DNA from: Octopus bimaculoides
Lineage: Eukaryota
Assembly (NCBI RefSeq): GCF_001194135.2
Contig: NC_068981.1
Coordinates: 68,343,640 to 68,384,687, forward strand
Reading direction: 5' to 3'
Length of the DNA: 41,048 bases
This document shows, piece by piece, positions 23,149 to 35,925 of this stretch. Position numbers and translations under genes: made by a program. Every line of letters begins with the position of its first letter. Positions within the stretch are counted from its first letter, which is position 1. The notes below the pieces were generated by a model. The model was not told where the DNA came from. It saw nothing but the letters and a program-made list of their open reading frames with translations, and searched no databases.

Positions 23149-23199
23149 CGTCTTCGATGAAGGGATACTTTGAATTTTCCCTGAAACAGTTGTAAGACG
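23149..23199 (+). ncRNA. Degenerate minimal hammerhead ribozyme motif, probable Penelope terminal remnant
   Basis: CGTCT-TCGATGA-AGGGA(12 nt)TCCCT-GAAA-CAGTTG-TA-AGACG; the core reads TCGATGA instead of CTGATGA. Confidence 0.6.
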
Positions 23200-23257
23200 T
23201 TCTACATAAAATATAAATTTATTTATGCCATTGGTCTCTTTATCTTGTTCTTTATAT

Positions 23258-23311
23258 ATGACCGCAGTCTAATGACTGAAACAAGTAAAAGAATAAAAGA
23301 ATAAAAGAATA
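23258..23311 (+). mobile_element. SINE family C extreme 3' tail
   Basis: gaccgcagtctaatgactgaaacaagtaaaagaataaaagaataaaagaata. Confidence 0.75.
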
Positions 23312-24272
23312 TATAGTAAACTGGCTTCCAGTTCTAATTCGCATTACGTTTGTTTAATCCCTTAATCTATCACACCAATTTTATACGAGGTTCTTTTCAC
23401 CGCCACATTCACATAAACATATAAGCAGGATGTGTATTAAAACTAACATATGTTTCACGACTTTTGAGCATTTACGAATTGAGTCCTAATTTGTGAAATA
23501 ACGTCATATAGATGAAACTCCCGAGGAAGTGAATTCTAGCAATATAGTTTTAACAGAGATCTCGTTAATTACGGTGATCGTAAATAAAATACTCGCGGCA
23601 GTTTGAGGGCATTAACTCTTAATGCGATATTTATTGCTATGTTGTGATTAAAAGACTTGGTAGATAAATTTCATTTGCAAAATGTGTATATGTATAAAAC
23701 TCAAACAATTTATCGTTTTACACAGCGACATATTTATAAGTGTAGGGGTTTTATGTCAACCATTAAAAGTTTCATTATTGCAGATGTTTGACGCCCAACG
23801 CTAAAATCAAGTAGACAATAATAGTATAATTCTGGAATGTCAAAGCTGTAAAAAATATGTATATGTATACATATACAAACTTAAACGCGCATACACCAGC
23901 ACACACACAGGCACACACTAACACGCATACCCATACTCTCATACACGTACACATAGATATATAAGCGGTAATGATTGACAGATATATTTTAAATTGTAAT
24001 GTCTTGAACACACTATAAAAATCCATGCAAAATCACACTGATATGTGTAACTGAAAAATTGTCTCTCACACACCTGTATCTGCAACATACACAAAACCAT
24101 TCATGCTGACACACAAACACACGTATATATATATATATATATATATATNNNNNNNNNNNNNNNNNNNNNNNNNNNNNNNNNNNNNNNNNNNNNNNNNNNN
24201 NNNNNNNNNNNNNNNNNNNNNNNNNNNNNNNNNNNNNNNNNNNNNNNNNNNNNNNNNNNNNNNNNNNNNNNN

Positions 24273-24323
<51 letters not shown>

Positions 24324-24789
24324 GCACGTTTACATACACAATTGTGTACTTGTGAGTAGATGGCTGTACAATTCTGTCTATCTGAATAAGTATATTACAA
24401 GATACATTGTTTACATAAAAATATAAAACATCATAAAATATACTGTAAATCAAAGTGTCTGTAGAGTAAAAATAAAAATACTATCTTTGAAATAATCGAG
24501 CAAAAGAGAAACTGCGTACGTACAGGTGGAACCTTACGCCCTTGATTGTCCAGTCACACAAACCCGCAGGCAAGTACAGCACGGGCGCAGAAATATTTCC
24601 TGTGCCTACATTTACCCATTACTAAGACATTACCATAACCTCAGTCTTTCATTCAATCAAAAACACTCTATATTGCAACTAATAAGAATACAGTGAGAAT
24701 TTCATGGGATGGGAATGGAATTGGATTAACGAAGGTACGTCATTTATGAGCTCGTGAATGGTGATGAACGTGTCTCTGACAAACCACGT

Positions 24790-24975
24790 GATTGCATGTC
24801 TTTGTTGGGGTGTTGGAGGCATTGTAGTTTCGATTCCTGGACAGAATGACGCGTTGTTTTCTTCAGCAAATCACTACATGTCACGTTGCTCAGCTGGCAA
24901 CAGACCGGTGTCCTGTCCAGGTGGGGACTATATACGCCATGAAAATGGGAAACCGACCATTATGAGTCGGTAATG
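24790..24975 (+). mobile_element. Old SINE-like fragment with a V-SINE-like motif
   Basis: B-box-like gtttcgattcc and ggtgtcctgtccaggtgggga; GC and CpG content higher than the flanks. Confidence 0.4.
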
Positions 24976-27900
24976 AGTCAAGAATGTAACTATTTTTAAA
25001 TGATCGAGTAACTGAAGTAGCCAATGAGTTAATTAGTTAACAAATGGCAATAAAATTATACATGATAATTCGTATAAAAGAAATGACTCATATCCGATAC
25101 ATTTGTTTTAGTAAGTTTTCACATGAAAAGTGTTGCAACAAAAAACTAAATAGTTAAAATTCTTCACTTTTTTTAGAAAAGAGATATCTGCCAAAGAACA
25201 CACGCACACACTCAGACACACACACACATATTTGTGTGTGCACGTGCTAGTGAATGTGGGTGCGACTATAAGAGCGTGGAAGAGGAGGCGGGAGAGAGAT
25301 TATTTATGTATGTACGTACATATCTGAGCAAATAAAGCACCAACAATAAGTAAACTAAATACTCAAAGTTAATTTACAGCACCTCAAATCTTATGTCACT
25401 TTCAGAAGAAACGTGCATATGGTAAGAAATATAATTTATATAATGCTCGGGAAAACTGTTTATTTCAGTCATACAGGTATTGGATCTTGACTGCCTTTGT
25501 CCCACATATTTCTATTGTGAAAAATATGGTGGATAATATACAGTTTGTTGAAACGGAAGACCTCAAATTTCGAGGAAATGTAGGTGATTAGATTAGTCCA
25601 AATGTACTATTTTAGCTTGTTTAATATTTCAAATTAGAATACTGCGCAATGTTGTAGACTACAAGATTGTTTTTCCGATGTCCTTATGAATCTGCCACTT
25701 CCGGAAAGATAACAATTATGAATTTAGGAAAGATGAGTAGTGTATACTTTCGACTAAATTGCGTTAAAGATATGTAGTTTCACCAATGAGAAGCATATAC
25801 CGCACCGGCGTAACTGAAATGTAGAATATAAAGAGAGGTACTCAAAATCTAGAATGACGTTTCTTCAACGTTCTTCATCACTAATGCGCTTCCAAGCAGA
25901 AATAATAATCATACTTCACAGATGGTAAATAATATCGAGATGGTATTACTGATGAATTACATTCAAATATGAGGCGATTAAAGTGGTGTTACTTCCTTCC
26001 AGAATGGCGTGTCCATTGTGTATTAGCCGTGAGAAATGAATAATGTTAGGGACGGATTCGAGAGAAGTTGTATAGAACGGTTATTCGAAATAACCTGACA
26101 ACAAAATATTAAAATCTCGATGTGATTTAAATACTGAATGCAAATGTATGGTGGTATGCCCACAATTCAAGCGCTGATCATTTTTCACTGTTTATATATT
26201 CAAGTTTATTATATTGGTTCTATTCATTTCATATAAATTTGCAGCACATTACAAGGAAAAACAAACAAACTAACATGAAGTGCATGATTACTTCACCAAT
26301 TTCGGTCACCAGGGTTGAACTAATCATTATCTACTATTGAAAGGATGTTGACCTCCAGTTTCAGCTTACTTACTTAACCTCATTTCTCATTTGTTTTCGC
26401 CATTATGCATGCTACATCATCTAAAATGTGTAACAGCGCCACGTTTTAAAATCACGAATACATACTTCCGCAAATGTTTGATTATTACATCAACTAAAGG
26501 AAAGGCTAGGTGAAATGCGTTTTATAGAATGACCACAATGCATTTTTATTCAGTAGTGGAAAATTCCTTCGGCTGAGATTATAAACCAAGGGCATTCTCA
26601 GAGTATTAACATTCATAAGGTATAAATAATATCATATACGAAATATGTTCTGCTGTTATACTATAAAAACTTCATAGAGTAATATATGGCAAAATGTGAT
26701 TAGTAGTCATAGATAATGAGATAATGTTGGTCGATTGATAAAAAGATTTGTGTTTTCATTTATTCTGGAAAAATGAGTTATACAATTACACTGGCACATT
26801 TTGCTACCTGACCCGTCTGCATTGCTTTATGCAAACGAAGAGTACACAATAAACTCCAAACTTTTGTGGCGAGCTAATGTTGACGATGTAGTACATTTTT
26901 TTTCTCATTCGTTTTGCAACAATCTATGTTTCTAATGCAATTATGCATTTATGTGTCTTTGTACAACATATCAAGCCCCAAAGACAAATCGTAATTTTCA
27001 TTACTTTAGTACAATTGGGCACAAGTGGAACGTTAACAAGCATCTCAGTTTACGCAATACTGAAAGTAACTGTGAGATGCTTGAACAGAGTTAGAACTGA
27101 TAGTGTTTAGAGTAAGTCATGAGTTATAGAAGATTGTGCCATAATTTGGGCAGGTCAGCTGGAGTTTTCAGAGTATTTTTTACCGAGGTTAACGTGTTTT
27201 GACAAGATTGTTTCCCAATCGCATTGTTTCTAGTACTGTTGTACTGCATGCCGCGTATCATCAACTATAGCGGCGGATCAACCAAATTTCAAAGTGAATT
27301 TGGCGGACGGAAAGAGAAAGAATGTCATCAAATTGTACAGAGGAACATTTATTTGTAGTCATTACAATTGTTTTACGAGACGTAGTTCTCCAGATTCGTA
27401 CGTATTTGGTTATGTAACGGTTTCCTCCCATTACGAAATCTTCGCAGATATGTAGTTACTTTTGGGCTAAATCACCCCCATTAAAAATTGCCATTGAAAT
27501 ATTGGGTTACCTCCGAACTAAAAAATGATGTTAACGTGGAGAGAAGAGATTGGATTAAAAGAGTTAGATTCTTTTAATTCAATACTTCAATACATTGTTG
27601 ACGTTTAGCCTCCTCACTAGTCATGGTATGAATTGTTAGGAAAATATTATCAGGTTCAGTAAGATGGCTGATGTTTTCATTCTCGTGTTTATTAATTTTT
27701 TCCATTTTCAGTTCTGTATGATTTGTTATAAAAAATATTATCAGATTCAAAATGATGTTTCATGTCTTCACTTTTTGTTTTTATTAATTTTGTCATTTTT
27801 TTTTTGTTTTATGGTGGATTAAACATTTTTTTTTTAGTTGAGGGAGATAATCAAAAGTACCAGTATTTCTAGTAAAAACAGCCTGTGTGTATGTGGATAA

Positions 27901-28462
27901 GCCATTTTTTAAATAGAGATACCGGTATGTATACCAACACGTATATATATATATATNNNNNNNNNNNNNNNNNNNNNNNNNNNNNNNNNNNNNNNNNNNN
28001 NNNNNNNNNNNNNNNNNNNNNNNNNNNNNNNNNNNNNNNNNNNNNNNNNNNNNNNNNNNNNNNNNNNNNNNNNNNNNNNNNNNNNNNNNNNNNNNNNNNN
28101 NNNNNNNNNNNNNNNNNNNNNNNNNNNNNNNNNNNNNNNNNNNNNNNNNNNNNNNNNNNNNNNNNNNNNNNNNNNNNNNNNNNNNNNNNNNNNNNNNNNN
28201 NNNNNNNNNNNNNNNNNNNNNNNNNNNNNNNNNNNNNNNNNNNNNNNNNNNNNNNNNNNNNNNNNNNNNNNNNNNNNNNNNNNNNNNNNNNNNNNNNNNN
28301 NNNNNNNNNNNNNNNNNNNNNNNNNNNNNNNNNNNNNNNNNNNNNNNNNNNNNNNNNNNNNNNNNNNNNNNNNNNNNNNNNNNNNNNNNNNNNNNNNNNN
28401 NNNNNNNNNNNNNNNNNNNNNNNNNNNNNNNNNNNNNNATATATATATATATATATATATAT

Positions 28463-29267
28463 AAATCAAAATAAGCAACACGGATTTCAAAGATGATTGC
28501 AGTACGCACGTTTCATGCTACTCCATTTATTTAAGTAATGCGACCATTACATTAAATGCAATATGTAGAGTAATCTTCAGCTGCACAAGAATGTAGAAAA
28601 TTACAGTAGAATAGACATATTATAATTGTGGCAACATTTAAAAATCCAAGTAGGAAGAAGAATACATAAAAATCCATCTTGACATAACCAAGGCTAGCAG
28701 GCTAGTAATTAGTTCTAGGTAGAATTCTAACCGTCACTGATTTTATTGTCTCTTATCTAGTGGTTATAGTATAAGGGCCAATCACTTCTAAGGAAAGGGA
28801 AGGTGTAAGCTTTATACATGGATATGGTTCTAAAGGTTTCTCTGGTCAGAGTGGCAACACTATTTTAGGTTGAATTTTTTTTACTACTATCATAATGTTG
28901 GGGAATTAAACCTTAAGCATTTAGGTCAACAGGGCTTCACCTTTAGTCTGAATAAAGCATCAGTATTGTTTTACATATTCTAAGTATGGGAAATTTATAG
29001 ATATCAATATTAGCTTAATTAATATGTTAATAATAAGAAGTATGTTAATAATAACATTGTTAAAAATAATAAAAATGTAATTAGTTTATACAAAACCCTG
29101 AAGTAGTGTCAATTTTGAATTCAAAGGCTATAGATAAGGTGTAAAGTTTAAGAATATTATATATATTTGGCTCAGAAAACTATTATGAATTATTTTAAAT
29201 AAATGGAGTAGCATGAAACGTGCGTACTGCAATCATCTTTAAAATCCGTTTTCCTTATTTTTGATTT
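28463..29267. repeat. Fold-back with about 72-bp inverted arms (46-bp perfect core) around a 660-bp spacer
   Basis: 28489-28534 aaagatgattgcagtacgcacgtttcatgctactccatttatttaa is the exact reverse complement of 29195-29240; similarity extends outward with a few mismatches. Confidence 0.93.
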
Positions 29268-29790
29268 TTTATCACCTTGCTTTTAGAATATTGCAATATA
29301 TTTTATTGAAAGAGAAACTTTGGTTCAATATACGCACTGGTGCTGATTCACCGGCTTTTACACTGTCCTGTGTATTGTCTAGAGCTAAAGCATTTTTCAT
29401 GAAACTAAATGTGAATTTATGAGATACAAGGTACGGCCTGGGATTGCGATTATTCATAGTACGTGCATCTATGTCAGTATATCCTTTAGAGCACAAATGA
29501 GGGTAACTACTCCTGCAAGTTTTACATTATTAGGCATGGATACCAAGTTCATATGCTGTAAAATCACTTTATGAGGGAAGACAGATTGCAATATTTCTGG
29601 GGCAGAATTGCTCAAACTGCATACGATTATATTGATTTCTTTGTTATCACCAATTATTAATGCCTGGCATACGTAAGAACCCTAACCGTTGTTGATTTAC
29701 AGTTTTAAAATTTATTGAAAGTAAGGATATTAATAAAAAATCATCCGTCCTTTATTTTAGAAGTTTAGCCGAATTTAATGGTGGATAATG

Positions 29791-30012
29791 TAAAGCGCCG
29801 AGCTGCCAGAAACTTTAGAATTCCGGGCGAAATGCTTAGCGATATTTCGTCTGTCTTTACGATCTGAGTTCAAATTCCGCCGAGGTCGACTTTGCTCTTC
29901 ATCCTTTCGGGGTCGATAAATTAAGTGCCAACTGCATACTGGGATCGATTCTATCGACTTGCCCCCATCCCCTGAAAATTCCAGGGCCTTGTGCCTAGAG
30001 TAGAAAAGAATA
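29791..30012 (+). mobile_element. SINE family A, best-preserved copy in the window
   Basis: ccgagctgccagaa..gggcgaaatgcttagcgatatttcgtc..tgagttcaaattccgccgaggtcgactttgc..ggggtcgataaattaagt..ggccttgtgcc. Confidence 0.9.
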
Positions 30013-31574
30013 TAAGATAACCTAACTGCTGACTCTCAGTTATTAACTCTACTAGATTTGCCTTGCTTAAGGGAGGAATATTCCTTAGAAATAAGATGTA
30101 TTACCTTTTATACCTGTTCTAACGGTGAACGTACACGATTTATCAGGGACGCGATACCAACACTCTAATGCTAGTCCCTGGAAAGTAGTCGGTTAAAGGA
30201 AAAGGACATGAAGAGACAGAAAGAGAGGAGGAGACAGAGAGAAATGTGGAGGAAAGAAACGCTTCCACTTTACTTGTACTTATATATGAACATCGAACAA
30301 ATAGAAGGTAAAACGGGATACAGTGACATTTAAAGTCCGAACATAGGAAGTCATGCCATGTATTGCAATGGATTCTTCCGACGCGCTGATATTTCTGTTA
30401 ATTCTCAATAGGATGACAAATCTTATAAGTATTGATATATCCAAGGAACTTTGCTGAATATTTAGTGTCAAATAAAGTGATGTAACAGAAATATTAATCC
30501 GATGATACCCCCTTTCCTCGTCAGTTTATTGGCAGCTGCATGTTAAGCAAGTTTCAGCGAGAATTTTTAGTGAAATGTTGACCTTGCGTGCATTAAAATG
30601 ACTTGGCAATATATTTAGTCAAACATATTTCGATATAGTAGCATAAGAAAATGAGAATCGTTTCTTTCAGTACAATTGCAAACAAATCTCTTATTATGAC
30701 TCCCTAATCGGACACACTTTTACATTTTGATATAGTAGCTTCTAGGAGCGATGTTGAGAGAAATATTCGACCTCTTGACGATTTCATCGTTAAAATTAGT
30801 TTGTTACAGAGTACATGCAACAGAACTTTTGAAATTCAGGTTGATATATATTTAAATCATAAAGCAATATCGGAAAAATATATATAGGTTGAAATAGATT
30901 CACACACTTAATTCAGAATGCGACTTTATCGCCCTACATTTCAAATATGATGTGGTCTAACTTTTAATGTAAACTCCTGCTGTTTCCATACAACAAAATA
31001 TGAAAATAAATTCGGTTTACATACTCATTCACTTCATCGCTTCTTCTGGTTTCTAAATTGAAAATACTACTTTTCAATAATAAAAAAAAGTGAAATATTG
31101 AACATTTTAAGATAAAAAAAAAATAGATAATGATCGATATCCATATGTAGCTTAAGCAAGGGAAAATAAGTCGTATAAAAAGTGCATGCTATATTGTATG
31201 AATTTGCGTTTCTGTAAGATTACCCATTCGGTAAGTTTAGCATTCACCGCAAGAAACCTTCAGACAGTAAATATCGAATATTTCATTAAGGAAAAAAACA
31301 AAACAAAAAACAAAAGAAACAAGAAAACATGTAGAAAAAGAATTCCAGTAAATCTCTTTTACATTTCCGTCGGAAATAGATAGCATTTTATAAAGTATTT
31401 ATTTTCTAGACATTCGAAAACATCATTGACATAATGTCACCCAAATACACACATGTACAGGCACATACACGTATATACATTCATGAATATATTCATGTAT
31501 ATGTTGCTGAGACAATGTTTCTGCAATGTACAGGAAATATGTAACACGCACATCTACGTTATTATTCATATTTG

Positions 31575-31609
<35 letters not shown>

Positions 31610-32359
31610 NNNNNNNNNNNNNNNNNNNNNNNNNNNNNNNNNNNNNNNNNNNNNNNNNNNNNNNNNNNNNNNNNNNNNNNNNNNNNNNNNNNNNNNNNNN
31701 NNNNNNNNNNNNNNNNNNNNNNNNNNNNNNNNNNNNNNNNNNNNNNNNNNNNNNNNNNNNNNNNNNNNNNNNNNNNNNNNNNNNNNNNNNNNNNNNNNNN
31801 NNNNNNNNNNNNNNNNNNNNNNNNNNNNNNNNNNNNNNNNNNNNNNNNNNNNNNNNNNNNNNNNNNNNNNNNNNNNNNNNNNNNNNNNNNNNNNNNNNNN
31901 NNNNNNNNNNNNNNNNNNNNNNNNNNNNNNNNNNNNNNNNNNNNNNNNNNNNNNNNNNNNNNNNNNNNNNNNNNNNTATATATATATATACATTCTAGCG
32001 GATGTGTCTTCATAGGAAACATACCAGCAATATCAGGCTATCATGCCCAATTTAATTGAAATTATAATTTTATGACATAGGAAAGTAACTGAAATGTCTC
32101 ATGCATCAGTAGATGTGAGATCTGCAGAAATAAATGAAAACAAAAAGTACACACGGTTCATTCACAAGATCATGCTAGCATATTACGGAATACTTGTGTC
32201 TTCCTAGGTTAGGTAGAGGATGTATATTCAATTAGTGATTTCTAAGATGTCTGAATGTTTAATGGGCGAAAATTTGTCGGACTATATTGAAAATTCACAT
32301 ATAAGTCTATATTTCCTTATGGTGCGCTCTGCATGAATGGGTAGTTTTATCTCTCTGTT

Positions 32360-32360
32360 T

Positions 32361-32432
<72 letters not shown>

Positions 32433-32543
32433 GGGTCTGTCTGTATGTCTGTATGTCTGTCTGTGGGTATGTCTGTCTGTCTGTCTGTCTGTATGTGGGT
32501 CTGTCTGTCTGTCTGTCTTTTTATCTATCTATCTATCTATCTT

Positions 32544-32598
<55 letters not shown>

Positions 32599-32615
32599 GT
32601 CTCTCTATCTGTCTA
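32360..32615. repeat. Compound (TCTA)n-(TCTG)n-(TCTA)n tetranucleotide microsatellite
   Basis: Direct reading. Confidence 0.95.
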
Positions 32616-32956
32616 TATATTTCTTCTCTAAATGAGTATATGCATGGGTGAACAATTATCAATATAGTTTAGATAAGTCTGCTTTACTAAAGAATATATA
32701 TTCATGTGTCTGTGCACGCGCGTTTTCGCATTTTATAAGAATATGTATACATATGTATACGCAGAAAAATACATAAGCATACGGCATGTGCATAGCAAAG
32801 TATGAGATAATTCACAGTATGTCTTGAGCCAATCGATATAAGAAATGTTACTAACATTTTTTACTTTTTTGTTTTCGAAATTTAGCTCTCTTCACGTCCT
32901 CAATATCAATCCCACTGCAATTACGTATGTGTTTTTATATTCTCCTCTCAGAAATA

Positions 32957-33088
32957 GGCACAGGCGTGGCTGTGTGGTAAGAAGCTTGCTTCCCAACCAC
33001 AAACTTCTGGATTCAATCCTATTACGTGGTACCTTGGGCAAGTGTCTTCTATTAGAAACTCGGGCCAACCAAAGCCTTGTGAGTGGAG
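32957..33088 (+). mobile_element. SINE family C, 5' portion
   Basis: ggcacaggcgtggctgtgtggtaagaagcttgcttcccaacca..ccttgggcaagtgtcttcta..cgggccaaccaaagccttgtgagtgga. Confidence 0.88.
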
Positions 33089-34059
33089 GATCTAGTCATA
33101 CTCATTCGCAAAACGAGCTAAGTTTGCCTAGTTTGCTTTCAATTTTGGTGTATCGATGATGCAATTCTGAATTTTGATTACGATCAACCAATTGCTTTAT
33201 CTCGTAAATTTAAAAAAATCTGATGTTATTTGGAATTAATTTTGGAAATTTGGATAATTTTAGCCAATCAACATACAGCGTGGCATTAGCAGCTTATTAC
33301 CATGACAACCTCAATATGTATTATGGTTCACTATTGTCTGTGCCTCTGTTGTCTAAGTTGATTTTTTGCACTTGTTATTTTTACATATTTTTCATTTTGT
33401 ATATTTTTGGGACTCATTCACACAGATACCTGGACTTAGGATTTCACTAGGTTAATTCTATTCATAAAAAAATTTATTAGGTGTATTTCCTAAACCATTA
33501 GCTTCACATTTCAACTGCTTAACTGAAATATAGCAAACATAACAGGAACTGAGAGGGATATCGTGGACACAGAAACTGTAGGTGATACAGATACTTTGAT
33601 ATTATTCTTGACATCTGCATGCTAAAACATATAAGATACAGGTATCCTTTTCCTTGGGACGAAAACTTTGTTGACCTCTATTATTGTAGTTTACAAATCC
33701 AAGCGTGTAAAACGTTATTCAACTATGGGTTGTTGGAGACGGACGCCCCCTTTTCACTCACACACGCGCGCACTTATATATTAATGATGTACATAAATAC
33801 ATAGCAGGTATACATAATACTGTCGTACGCATAAAGTAAACAAATACAAATATATTAAGATAACACATTTTTAAAAATGATGAAAACATACAATCAATGA
33901 AGAGGCAAAAAAAAAAAACAAAAAAAAAACAGTAAGATGATACATGTCGATTTTATTAGTTATTTCTGTTTATTTAGAAACCTTCAATGAAATTAGTTAT
34001 TTATGTTTATTTTGAAATGAACAGGTCAGAGGCCAAACTATAAATTGCGCAGTGTTGTA

Positions 34060-34442
34060 TTACTCGCAAATGTCTTCTTCGGGTAAAACCACCAATAGAA
34101 GTGAATATGACCAAAGACTGCGTGTACTCCATCGCGTGCAGCTGTGGTTGGCTATACTAGGCAAAACATGACGGCCCCTCAAAAGAGGGGTAGAGGAACA
34201 TTGCAAAGCTGTAACACGAGGAAGATGTTGGCAAATCGGTTATAGCTGATCATGTATGGCAAAATGGAGACCACCTCCCCCAGTGGAAAGAAGTTAAAAT
34301 AATAGACAGAGATCACCACTGGAAAATACGAAAACTAAAAGAAGCATCACACATGCTAGAACACAACAACCTCCTAAGCAGACCCAGCGCAGATATGAAT
34401 AGCATATGGGGACCAGTATTAAGGAAGGACAGGAAAGTATTA
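34060..34442 (+). mobile_element. Penelope-like element fragment (GIY-YIG endonuclease)
   Basis: KDCVYSIACSCGWLY..RVEEHCKAV..KSVIADHVWQNGDHLPQWKEVKIIDRDHHWKIRKLKEASHM..MNSIWGPVL. Confidence 0.88.
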
Positions 34443-35692
34443 GACTATCCTTTCCATGACTTTGCTGATGTGTGAAGTCAGAGAGAGAGGCCTATAGTTT
34501 TTGACATCTGCTCTGCTTCACCCTTTATAGATTGGGCATATTATTCCCTCCTTCAGCTCGCTTGGCATTCTGCCATTTGCAAGAAGGCTCTGGAAGAGAA
34601 TCTGGAGGAGTTTTAACATGCTCACACGATTTGAGGAGGATTGTTGGGAAACCATGAGGACCAGCAGTTGAATTTGCGTCCACCTCATCTATGGTTAGTA
34701 GTATATCTTCTTCGCTAATGTCGATGTATTCCATTGTAACTGCCTCGCTGGTTATAGGTGAGGTGGCAAAGGGTTCCGCTGGTTCAGTCTTTGTCAATGT
34801 TCCATCGGGTGGTAAAAACACTTTTAACTGGTCATTCAGTACCTCACTGATCCTGGTTGGACTATCTCTGAGGGAGCCATCCCTTTCGAAGAGGTGTCCT
34901 ATCTTGCAGCATATTGATGTTGTTTCTTTTGCGTAATGAAAGTAGGATTTTGGGTTTGACTTAATTTATTTCATAACCCAGGCTTCTTTGTCTACTCTTT
35001 AGGATTGTAGCAGTCTTTTTTCAATCTCCATCAGTGTTGTTTTTAGGCTGGAGAGGGACATTTTGCCACTTTTGGGATGTTGATTGAGGCGATTTGAAAC
35101 CTTCGTCCGTCGTCTCATAAGGATCTTCCTCTCCCTTGGAATCTTGTTCCTATTTGCTGTGGCCTTGTGCTCTGGGACATATTTCTGGCATATGACTTGC
35201 ACAACAGACATGAAATTTTCTAGTTTTATGCCAATGTCTAGTGTGGAGAGACATTTCGGCCAGTCCTTTCTGAAGATCTCTTTTTGGATCGATTTCCAGT
35301 CTGCTTTGTGGAAGTTCAGATTGGAGAGATTTCCAGTGCTTCCTTTAGGCTGTATGACTCTGCCTACTTTCGTCCCACACATAGACAACTGTATTATGTT
35401 CCGATCCGAGAATAATGTCGGCGTCACTTTCCCATCATGAACGATGTCTATATTGTTCGGGAAGCAGAAATCCTAAATGTTATTCAAACTAGTTGGTTTG
35501 AGTACAACTTACTCCATGAATAAGGCACTGGTGAAGTTGAGCAGGGACTCCACCTGTGCTTGTTTGCAAGGAGTCATTCCTGAGACCATGAGTCATTCGG
35601 GCCATTTGACGTCAGGGAAGCTGACATCACTCATAACAAATATCCTCACCTGGTGTTCCAGTTGCATGAGGATTTCTTGTGAGGTAATCGAA
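34441..35692 (-). mobile_element. CR1/L2-like LINE ORF2 fragment (APE endonuclease C-terminal half to start of RT)
   Basis: VMSDVSFPDVKW (GDFNxPDIxW), LFSDRNII (SDH), NFHKADW, KSNPKSYF, STAGPHGFP (GPDG), CPIYKG..NYRPLSLTSHISKVMERIV. Confidence 0.9.
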
Positions 35693-35719
35693 TGAATGTT
35701 CGAAATATAAATGTATATG

Positions 35720-35925
35720 TAAGGCGGCGACCTGACCGAATCATTAACACGACGAGCAAAATGCTTAGCAGCATTTCATCCGCCTTTATATACTAAGTTC
35801 AAATTCTGTCGATTTTGACTTTGTCTTTCATCGTATCGGTGTCGATAAATTGAGTACCTCGTGTGTAACTGAGTTACACCCTCACCCGAAATTTATTGTT
35901 CTTGTACCAAAACTTCAAACTAATA
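35720..35925 (+). mobile_element. SINE family A copy
   Basis: taaggcggcgacctga..caaaatgcttagc..agttcaaattc..tttcatc..gtcgataaattgagtacc..cttgtaccaaaac. Confidence 0.82.

Noticed and set aside
27038-27084. 10-bp inverted repeat aagcatctca/tgagatgctt, and the 14-bp palindrome at 20852-20865
   Set aside because: Short enough to arise by chance or local template switching, with no context.
28535-29194. Spacer of the fold-back as a mitochondrial insertion
   Set aside because: No mitochondrial gene, rRNA or tRNA motif recognised; AT-richness alone is uninformative.
29272-29496. 74-aa minus-strand ORF
   Set aside because: No recognisable motif, ambiguous splice sites, and length within chance expectation.
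30136-30190. cagggac/gtccctg stem followed by GAAA
   Set aside because: The upstream core and stem I cannot be built, so it is not callable as a hammerhead.
31219-31230. Possible microexons: 12 nt here (+), 9 nt near 12510 (-), 16 nt near 25410 (+)
   Set aside because: An AG shortly before GTAAG is expected by chance several times in 41 kb, and there is no independent support.
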